The notes under the pieces: generated by a model | Database searches by the model: none | What the model saw: only the letters and a program-made list of their open reading frames with translations | What the model was told of the DNA's origin: nothing | Assembly: GCA_964444715.1 (NCBI GenBank) | Contig: CAYUIL010000001.1 | Span: 5,139 to 48,070 of the forward strand | Reading direction: 5' to 3' | Length of the DNA: 42,932 nucleotides | Origin: an uncultured Pirellulales bacterium | GTDB taxonomy: Bacteria; Planctomycetota; Phycisphaerae; Sedimentisphaerales; Anaerobacaceae | In this document: piece after piece, positions 25,378-34,423 of the stretch | Position numbering within the stretch: position 1 is the first letter of the stretch | Layout of the letters: each line of letters opens with the position of its first letter | Translations under genes and position numbers: made by a program

Positions 25378-26685
25378 CTACGGCTGATTGGGTTCGGACT
25401 CTACAGTTCCGTCCGGAGGGGGCGACGCGGGGGGCTTTCCTGATTCGCGTTTAATCATCCGAAAGGCCGTCACGACGTGCGTGCGGGCCGGCTCGGGAAC
25501 AGGGGGGATACGACGCACCGGGCCTTCGGAAGAGAACTTGATTTCCTCAACTAAATCCTTAGTCGTCTGGCTATTGATGATTCGACCCGTAGATTCATCG
25601 ATTTCGATTTGACCCGCGCCCCGGCCTGAAACCTCGCGTCTCATCCTCACGCCGCCCCTCACGGTCTCCTTCACATCAGCAGCGGGCCTGACAACGATAT
25701 TAACATCTATGACCCAGCACCAATTTTGCGACTGCGGTATCGAATCAAATTCAGAAATCTGGTCGGTGACGGCAACTTTTGATGAAGGTTGCGCATTCGG
25801 TTCCAAAACTGGTGCTGGGCGGCGTCCTTTAAGCCGGAAAGTCCGCTCCACTACAATTTTCTCCTCGTCTATCCGCTCGATACGACTCCAAGTGTCCACG
25901 GCAGTCTGTGGTTCCTGCCCCGGCTCGACTGCCCGGCTACGGCTCGGCATCTCTATTTCCTCTGCGGCCCCGGCAGTGTCTTCGCCGAGACGAGAGCGCA
26001 TGCAGGGGTCAGGAAAAACAGCCAGTTGGTCTTCAATATCACGTCTCGTCACCGCTTCACCGAACTGATTGTCGATGGTCTGGAGAATCTGGCTCCTGCC
26101 GGCTACGCCGGGAACTTTGGCTTTTGCGGAGCTGATAATGGCCTGCAGACCATTGATTTTGTCTATGCGGCCCTGCGGTGTTATTTTAACGTAGAACCCC
26201 TCTCCCACGGCCATAGCCAGCGGCAGGACCTGTAAAGGCACCTTCGGCTGATTTGCGTCGGAATCAAAATCGATACTTACGCCCGGGCCTTCAATCTTCA
26301 TAGCGACCTGCCTGTAAGTATACTTAGCCCAGGCACAGCCATCTTCCTCGACCTCTTTGATGTCCAAATCGCACCCGAGCCGAATGGTCTGCTCGGTAAT
26401 CCGCCCCGGCGCGCCGGGACTGGCCACTTGCGTGGTCATCTGTTTGGCGACCGACACCAAATACAAATAAAATTTGTCGCCCGGCTGAAACCTGAAACGT
26501 AACTCGTGACCCAGCCCAGCGCTGGGCTGGGCGACGAGCGACGAAACGAGTCCCGCACCAATTGCGAGTAACAATAAATATGACCTGAAAAAGCAATTTG
26601 CTCTGTTGTCAGAGGACAATTGGTGCGGGACAACCGATAGACGAAATACGCAACCAGTATATCTATTCATATAGCGATGCCCCAA
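25378..26685 (-). CDS. Hypothetical exported protein
   Basis: 435-aa ORF with a signal-peptide-like YLLLLAIGAGLVSSLVAQ. I recognise no family. The start codon is uncertain. Part of the signal peptide is encoded by a palindromic repeat. Confidence 0.55.
   Translation of the reverse strand: MGHRYMNRYTGCVFRLSVVPHQLSSDNRANCFFRSYLLLLAIGAGLVSSLVAQPSAGLGHELRFRFQPGDKFYLYLVSVAKQMTTQVASPGAPGRITEQTIRLGCDLDIKEVEEDGCAWAKYTYRQVAMKIEGPGVSIDFDSDANQPKVPLQVLPLAMAVGEGFYVKITPQGRIDKINGLQAIISSAKAKVPGVAGRSQILQTIDNQFGEAVTRRDIEDQLAVFPDPCMRSRLGEDTAGAAEEIEMPSRSRAVEPGQEPQTAVDTWSRIERIDEEKIVVERTFRLKGRRPAPVLEPNAQPSSKVAVTDQISEFDSIPQSQNWCWVIDVNIVVRPAADVKETVRGGVRMRREVSGRGAGQIEIDESTGRIINSQTTKDLVEEIKFSSEGPVRRIPPVPEPARTHVVTAFRMIKRESGKPPASPPPDGTVESEPNQP
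26503..26538. repeat. 36-nt palindrome with GCCCAGCGCTGGGC core, inside the signal-peptide coding region
   Basis: CTCGTGACCCAGCCCAGC|GCTGGGCTGGGCGACGAG, 16 of 18 arm positions complementary. It encodes LVAQPSAGLGHE. Confidence 0.8.
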
Positions 26686-26702
26686 TTATCAATCATCAAT
26701 TA

Positions 26703-27905
26703 CTAACCTGCGCCCAACTGGCCACAGGCGGCTTTTATTGTCTGGCCGTATTTGCGCCGGACAGTCGTCTCAAGACCCGACTCCCTCAACGCCTCTGCAA
26801 ACCGTTCAATTGCCTCCCAGCCGCTCGATCGCAAGTCGCCCCCGCTCTTGTCTTCGACAAGAAGAAGCGGGGGTGGATTATACTCTATCAGATTTACGTT
26901 GCACCGCACAGAGCGCAACCGTTTGACTAAAAGCCGGGCGTGCAGCACGGTATCGTTGACGCCCTTTATCATACAATACTCGAACGTGACGCGATTGTGT
27001 GTCTTGTGCTGATAAAGCTCGACCGCTCGAAAGAGCCGATCCAGCGAGTACTTTTTAGCAATGGGCATAAGCGATTGGCGGAGGCAATCGGTAGGCGCGT
27101 TAAGCGATATTGCCAGCCGCGGCTGGATGTCTTCATCGGCAAGACGTTCGATCCCCTCTGGCTGCCCGCAGGTGCTGATTGTCAGGTGACGAATGCCGAT
27201 GCCTCGGCCAGCCGGATGGTTGAGTATGCGGACTGACTTGAGGACAGCATCGTAGTTTGCAAGCGGCTCACCCATACCCATAAACACGACATTCGTGACC
27301 CGTGACTCAGCCCCCGTGCCCCGGGACACGAGCGACGGGTCACTCGTCTCGGCAAAGGCGGGATTCAGGTCTGTCCTGGAATACACGGGCCGAGCCGGAG
27401 CCGGACGGGTGACGAGGTTGACCTGGTCAACAACCTCGCCAGCGGTGAGGTTGCGCGCAAACCCAAGTCGGCCTGTGGCACAAAATCGGCAGGCCATCGC
27501 GCATCCGACCTGCGTCGAAATGCACAATGTCCGCCGCCCTTTACCCCGTGAGATATTACTTCCAACTGTGGTCCGGCGGCTCTGACTATGCAGGTCTATC
27601 TCACGGGGTGAATCAAATAACAAAACCGATTCTACCCGTTTGCCGTCAGACAGCCCAAAAACGTATTTTACGGTGCCGTCAGGGTCGGTCAGCTTTTCGA
27701 TGACTTGTAATGCTGAGATATAGTAGCCCTCTTCGACAAGCCGGCTGCGAAAAGATTTGCTCAACGGCGTGATTGCGGAAACGTCGGCCACCCCCTTAGT
27801 GTGTATGAAACTGAAGATGTAACCGGCCAGATACTTCTTTTGCCCCAGCTCGACAACCAGCCGCTCAAGCTCCGCAAACGTCCTCGATTTAAGATCCTTG
27901 TCCAC
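26703..27905 (-). CDS. rlmN: 23S rRNA/tRNA (adenine-C2)-methyltransferase RlmN (radical SAM)
   Basis: Radical-SAM cluster QVGCAMACRFCATG, then NVVFMGMGEPL, and the C-terminal IKAACGQL (conserved Cys). It is collinear with E. coli RlmN as I recall it, except for three extra segments. Confidence 0.88.
   Translation of the reverse strand: MDKDLKSRTFAELERLVVELGQKKYLAGYIFSFIHTKGVADVSAITPLSKSFRSRLVEEGYYISALQVIEKLTDPDGTVKYVFGLSDGKRVESVLLFDSPREIDLHSQSRRTTVGSNISRGKGRRTLCISTQVGCAMACRFCATGRLGFARNLTAGEVVDQVNLVTRPAPARPVYSRTDLNPAFAETSDPSLVSRGTGAESRVTNVVFMGMGEPLANYDAVLKSVRILNHPAGRGIGIRHLTISTCGQPEGIERLADEDIQPRLAISLNAPTDCLRQSLMPIAKKYSLDRLFRAVELYQHKTHNRVTFEYCMIKGVNDTVLHARLLVKRLRSVRCNVNLIEYNPPPLLLVEDKSGGDLRSSGWEAIERFAEALRESGLETTVRRKYGQTIKAACGQLGAG
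26837..26873. repeat. 37-nt GC-clamped hairpin element, copy 2 (in frame inside rlmN)
   Basis: It matches 10701-10737 at 36 of 37 positions. It is translated as PPPLLLVEDKSGG within RlmN. Confidence 0.85.
27291..27416. repeat. ~126-nt element in frame in rlmN; the 3' 86 nt match 30661-30746
   Basis: 27331-27416 vs 30661-30746: 75 of 86 identical with no gaps. The 5' part is CG-phased heptamers (CGTGACC CGTGACT CAGCCCC CGTGCCC CGGGACA CGAGCGA CGGGTCA). Confidence 0.85.
27544..27608. repeat. 65-nt element with perfect 12-bp terminal inverted repeats, in frame inside rlmN
   Basis: CCCCGTGAGATA (27544-27555) is the reverse complement of TATCTCACGGGG (27597-27608). The element encodes PREIDLHSQSRRTTVGSNISRG. 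Confidence 0.85.
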
Positions 27906-27920
27906 AAAGACATTTTACCA

Positions 27921-28025
27921 CCCAGCACTAATTTTGGGATGCGATTTTCGAGCCGGAAGTGGAGAACTATCGGTAAAATGACCGTCAAATGTTTTTGAGG
28001 ACCGATACTCGAAATTAGTGCTGGG
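27921..28025. repeat. 14-bp perfect inverted repeat bracketing the ftsK-rlmN spacer
   Basis: CCCAGCACTAATTT (27921-27934) pairs with AAATTAGTGCTGGG (28012-28025). The second arm ends at the base before the ftsK stop codon. Confidence 0.75.
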
Positions 28026-30401
28026 CTACTCTTCCTGCTTGTCGACTGCGGCATACCCCCGCTGGCCTTCGCTGACATAGGCGGCGTGCCCGGGCGAGGG
28101 TGGTTTGGTTTGTTGCTCGGTTTCCTTCTGCTCCTGCATCTGGTCTCGGAGCCGCTCCCACTCCTCTAATGTCATCATCACCTCTCGTGCCTGGCTGCCC
28201 TTGTACTCGCCGAGGACACCTAATACGGCCATCTGCTCTATCATTCGCGACGCCCGGGCGTAGCCGACGCTGAGCCGACGCTGCAACAGCGAGACGCTGC
28301 CACGCTTGCTATCCAGAACAATCCTCACGGCGTCATCAAACAGTTCGTCTTCTATCATATCGGAGGTGTCGGGCTGACCAAGCTGGGTCAGCTCGGGTGC
28401 AAATTGTGGAGGGCTTTCCTTGAGGTGCCTGACGATTCGCCTGACCTCCTCGTCGCTGACAAACGTGCCCTGTGCACGGATAAGGTCGCTGGTGCCGGGC
28501 TTCAAAAAGAGCATATCGCCCTGGCCCAGCAGCGTTTCGGCGCCGTTCTGGTCGAGGATGATGCGGCTGTCCATTCTCGCGGCGACCCGAAAGCCGATGC
28601 GCGTGGGCATATTGGCTTTAATCAGGCCGGTTACGACCGTTGCCTGCGGCCGCTGAGTCGCCAGAACGATGTGGATTCCGACAGCCCTGCTCTTCTGCGC
28701 GAGGCGCACAATGTGCGCCTCGATTTCTTTCGGCGAGGTCATCATCAAATCCGCCAGCTCATCGATGACTATCACGACGTAAGGCAGCTTTTTGGCAATC
28801 TGCGCCTCCTCATCGGGATTTAACGGCTCGAAGCGTCTTATGATTTCTTCGGTCCCCAGGGTGTTGTACTCGCCGATATTTTTGACGCGGGCCTCGGCAA
28901 ACAGGGCGTATCGCTCGTCCATCTTGATAGTTGCCCATTCGAGAATCGCTACTGCCCGGTGCGTCTCGGTGACAATCGGGGTCATCAGGTGCGGTATGGT
29001 ATTAAAGGCGGTCATCTCGACCATCTTCGGGTCGATGAGAATCATCTTCACCTCGTCGGGTCTGCGGGTTAGAAGTATGCCGGCGATGATGCTGTTGATG
29101 CAGATGCTTTTGCCCGAGCCGGTGGTGCCCGCGATAAGCAGATGCGGCATAACCGCCAGGTCCTCAACCAGGGCCTCGCCGGATGAATCCTTGCCCAGAA
29201 ACAGCGGTATGGCACATCCGTTGGGCTTGCTGCCTGCAAGCTGGAGCATATCCTTCATACGCACCCGCTCTTTTTCGCTGTTGGGCACCTCGACGCCTAT
29301 GGTATGCTTGCCCGGCAAAGGCGCCACAACGCGGACGGCGCCGACGCCTAATGCGCGGGCTATGTCGTTGGCCAATGAGCTTATCTGGCTGACCTTGACG
29401 CCGGCGGCAAGCTGCAGTTCAAACATCGTGATGACAGGCCCGGTCTCGGCTGCAACCACACGCGCGGATATGTCGAACTCACCAAGCAGGCCTTCGAGCG
29501 CGGTGGCCTTGGCCTTGATGACCTTTTCCTGCACGGCGGCAAAGGAGTATTGCGGCTCATCAAGCAGGTCAATAGTCGGCAGCGTGTAGTCATCATAGCC
29601 GGGCGGCTCATAAGGCATCGCTCGTCGCTCATGACACGCCGCTCGAATCAACATTCCCGGGTCCTGAATCACGGGTCCCGAATCACGGGTTGCTTTTTCG
29701 TCGCTCCCCAGCCCAGTGCTGGGCTGGGTCACGGCTTTCTGCCTGGTGCTTAGTCGACGCCAAATCTGGCCGAGCACCCTCGACTGCTCCGGCGTAGTCA
29801 GCCATCTCGGCGCCGCAATGCCGAGGACTTTGCGAATGATAAGCCCTATCCATCCAAAAACCACAGCGACCATCTGGTCGGCCAGCAGAATCATCCCGGC
29901 CACCCAGGTGGTGCCGAGGAGTATGGCGGTGCCCAGCGAGGCGAAATGGCTGCGGAGGAATTGTGCCGCAGCGACTCCGAGAACGCCGCCCGAACCCATC
30001 GGGAAGCCGTAGATACCGTGCGGCGTAAAACAATAGAACGTTGTCGAGGCGGCGGTTGTCACCAGAGCAAGGCCGGCACACCGCAGAATCGGCTGGTCAA
30101 CCTCGGCATCGGCGATTTTGGCAATCGCAAAATACAAGCCGGAAACCAGCATGACAAAGACGCCGGGGCCGACGTAGTAGAGCAGGTAGTACGCAAACAA
30201 CGCACCTATCGGGCCGCACCAGTTAGCGGTCGGCTTACTGTGCGGATAGACGAATTTGCTGGGCCAGTCGCCGATGTTGAAACTAAGGCAACTGCAGAAA
30301 AGCACCAGCAGGCCCGCGACAACCAAACACTGCAGGGCTTTCGTTCTCAACCTCTTGTTTTTGACCCGACTCATATAATAACGTCCGATAAAATGCTGCA
30401 C
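28026..30401 (-). CDS. ftsK: DNA translocase FtsK/SpoIIIE
   Basis: An N-terminal 4-5 TM domain, a variable linker, a motor domain with LLIAGTTGSGKSICINS (Walker A) and VVIVIDELADLMM (Walker B), and a C-terminal winged-helix gamma domain (SVSLLQRRLSVGYARASRMIEQM). The start is possibly ATG 30374. Confidence 0.9.
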   Translation of the reverse strand: MQHFIGRYYMSRVKNKRLRTKALQCLVVAGLLVLFCSCLSFNIGDWPSKFVYPHSKPTANWCGPIGALFAYYLLYYVGPGVFVMLVSGLYFAIAKIADAEVDQPILRCAGLALVTTAASTTFYCFTPHGIYGFPMGSGGVLGVAAAQFLRSHFASLGTAILLGTTWVAGMILLADQMVAVVFGWIGLIIRKVLGIAAPRWLTTPEQSRVLGQIWRRLSTRQKAVTQPSTGLGSDEKATRDSGPVIQDPGMLIRAACHERRAMPYEPPGYDDYTLPTIDLLDEPQYSFAAVQEKVIKAKATALEGLLGEFDISARVVAAETGPVITMFELQLAAGVKVSQISSLANDIARALGVGAVRVVAPLPGKHTIGVEVPNSEKERVRMKDMLQLAGSKPNGCAIPLFLGKDSSGEALVEDLAVMPHLLIAGTTGSGKSICINSIIAGILLTRRPDEVKMILIDPKMVEMTAFNTIPHLMTPIVTETHRAVAILEWATIKMDERYALFAEARVKNIGEYNTLGTEEIIRRFEPLNPDEEAQIAKKLPYVVIVIDELADLMMTSPKEIEAHIVRLAQKSRAVGIHIVLATQRPQATVVTGLIKANMPTRIGFRVAARMDSRIILDQNGAETLLGQGDMLFLKPGTSDLIRAQGTFVSDEEVRRIVRHLKESPPQFAPELTQLGQPDTSDMIEDELFDDAVRIVLDSKRGSVSLLQRRLSVGYARASRMIEQMAVLGVLGEYKGSQAREVMMTLEEWERLRDQMQEQKETEQQTKPPSPGHAAYVSEGQRGYAAVDKQEE
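29661..29728. repeat. 14-nt tandem repeat plus CCCAGCCCAGTGCTGGGCTGGG palindrome inside the ftsK linker
   Basis: GTCCTGAATCACGG and GTCCCGAATCACGG at 29661-29688. The 22-nt palindrome is at 29707-29728. The region encodes ...QPSTGLGSDEKATRDSGPVIQD... Confidence 0.8.
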
Positions 30402-30462
30402 GCTTGACAGTAACAGACCGTCACATCGGAAAAACGACTATTGCTTTATCGGCAAGCCCCCC

Positions 30463-30575
30463 ATTTTCTATTTATGATTTACGATTTATTATTTTCTACC
30501 CGTAAAATCATTGTCTAACCCTCAAAATCGGCGCCGATTTGTTAAATAAAAAATAGAAAATCATAAATTGAAAAT
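30463..30575. repeat. AT-rich heptamer inverted arrays around the perfect 16-bp palindrome AAATCGGCGCCGATTT
   Basis: (ATTTNNN)x5 at 30463-30497 and (NNNAAAT)x5 at 30541-30575. ATTTATGATTT (30470-30480) pairs with AAATCATAAAT (30558-30568). The palindrome is at 30525-30540. Confidence 0.75.
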
Positions 30576-30618
30576 AAAAAAAGCCCCGCGGCGAATCCGT
30601 TCACCACAGGGCATAAAG

Positions 30619-30746
30619 ATTCGTCGCTCGTGGCCCGGCTCTTGTGCCTCGGCTTTTTCGGGCGACGGGTCACTCGTCTCGGCGAAGGCGGGATTCAGGT
30701 CCGTCTCAGAATATACAGGCCGAGCCGTAGCCGGACGGGCAACGAG
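30619..30746. repeat. Intergenic copy of the rlmN-internal element (possible rlmN-fragment relic)
   Basis: See 27291-27416. Weaker similarity continues to ~30590, opposite the FMGMGEP-coding part of rlmN. Confidence 0.8.
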
Positions 30747-30757
30747 CACCGAAAATG

Positions 30758-31447
30758 CTACTCTGGCTGAGAGGCCGGTTTTACGGGCTGGCTGAGCTTC
30801 CCAGGCACCGGCGCGGCCGGCCCCGGAATCTTTACGGCCACACCCAATCTGCCCAGCTCGCCGGCGACATCGGGCTGATTTGGATTAAGCTGGAAGCTGC
30901 GAATGAAGTATTCCTTGGCGGGGTCCTTCTTGTTCCTGGCCAGGTAATAGTAGCCGAGCTGGCGGTTCACCGCGGGCGAGTCCGGCGTCGTTTTGAGGGC
31001 GTCCTCGTAGCACTTCAGAGCATAGTCGTCAAGCCCCTGCTTCTCGAAGGCAACACCCAGCGCCACCTGTTGTTCGGGCGACGACGCCTGTGTCATATAG
31101 GTGTCGGCGGCCCATTCGGCCTTTTGTTTATCTCCCTTGTCGAGCTGAACCTTTACAATCGCGGCCTGGGCGTCGCGGTAAGCAGGATTGAAGCCCAGCG
31201 CGATATTGTAGTGCCACTCCGCCTTCGACCAGTCGCCGACGGCGTGGTACGACTGGCCAAGCTCGAAATGGGCGCCGGGATTCTCCCATTTCTTGTCAAG
31301 CTCCTTCTGCAACTCGGCCCTGCGTATGTCGGCGGCGGTCCGCAGGTTCTGCTGGGAGACCCGCGGCGCCGTCGCGCGCCGACAGCCGAAAACAGGCAAT
31401 GAGCAGAACACGACCACCAAAACAATCGCTCGCACTTTAGCACTCAT
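30758..31447 (-). CDS. TPR-repeat lipoprotein
   Basis: 229 aa with lipobox SLPVFGC and three to four TPR units (HFELGQSYHAVGDWSKAEWHYNIALGFNP...). Confidence 0.65.
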   Translation of the reverse strand: MSAKVRAIVLVVVFCSLPVFGCRRATAPRVSQQNLRTAADIRRAELQKELDKKWENPGAHFELGQSYHAVGDWSKAEWHYNIALGFNPAYRDAQAAIVKVQLDKGDKQKAEWAADTYMTQASSPEQQVALGVAFEKQGLDDYALKCYEDALKTTPDSPAVNRQLGYYYLARNKKDPAKEYFIRSFQLNPNQPDVAGELGRLGVAVKIPGPAAPVPGKLSQPVKPASQPE

Positions 31448-31459
31448 CTTGCGCCTCCC

Positions 31460-31567
31460 TTTATCATTTTCTATTTATTATTGATGATTGATTATTTACA
31501 CACAGCAACAAGTTACCCATTTCGCCGAAGTTTATAATTATCAATCATCAATCATCAATTATCAACA
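31460..31567. repeat. AT-rich heptamer inverted arrays in the gyrB / TPR-lipoprotein spacer
   Basis: TTTATCA TTTTCTA TTTATTA TTGATGA TTGATTA TTTACAC (31460-31501) faces ATCAATC ATCAATC ATCAATT ATCAACA (31540-31567). ATTGATGATTGAT (31480-31492) has an exact 13-nt complement in the second arm. Confidence 0.75.
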
Positions 31568-31594
31568 CCAAACAGGCGAAAATTTTTCTTCTGC

Positions 31595-34069
<2,475 letters not shown>

Positions 34070-34414
34070 CTACCGGGTAAGTGTAATCTTTATAGCCCTG
34101 ACCTTGGCAGCGGGGCAACCTTGTCGCAGATACCCGACAAGCTGGTGGCTGCTGATGCGCAGCTCATACATATACGACGGCGAGTCGGCTTCGACCGTAA
34201 GCAGGCCGCCCGACAAATCAACCACGCGGCAATGCTGCGCCATTTCAGGCGGTAACAGTTGCGTCCACAGCGAGCAGAGCCGGCCGGCTGTCTCATAGCG
34301 TTGCGAGACCCCTGTGCGGCCCGGCTCCATCACCTCCGCCAGCGCCTCGCCCAGCAGCGTAGGTTGCGACCGGCGCCTCACTCGTGTCGTTGGGTTCATC
34401 CGTGCCCCCTGCAA
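34070..34414 (-). CDS. DUF721/DciA-like protein
   Basis: 114 aa in the classic position between dnaN and gyrB. The pattern ...W..L.P..A.H.RVV.L..G.L.V.ADS......L is as I recall for DUF721. Confidence 0.55.
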   Translation of the reverse strand: MQGARMNPTTRVRRRSQPTLLGEALAEVMEPGRTGVSQRYETAGRLCSLWTQLLPPEMAQHCRVVDLSGGLLTVEADSPSYMYELRISSHQLVGYLRQGCPAAKVRAIKITLTR

Positions 34415-34423
34415 CAGGTTAAA

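Noticed and set aside
30561-30749. 62-aa ORF (MLVARPATARPVYSETDLNPAFAETSDPS...) as a real small gene.
   Set aside because: It starts with GTG 8 nt after the upstream stop and has no RBS. It resembles an internal piece of RlmN, so it is more likely a fragment or repeat. I kept it as a hypothesis inside a finding rather than annotating it as a CDS.
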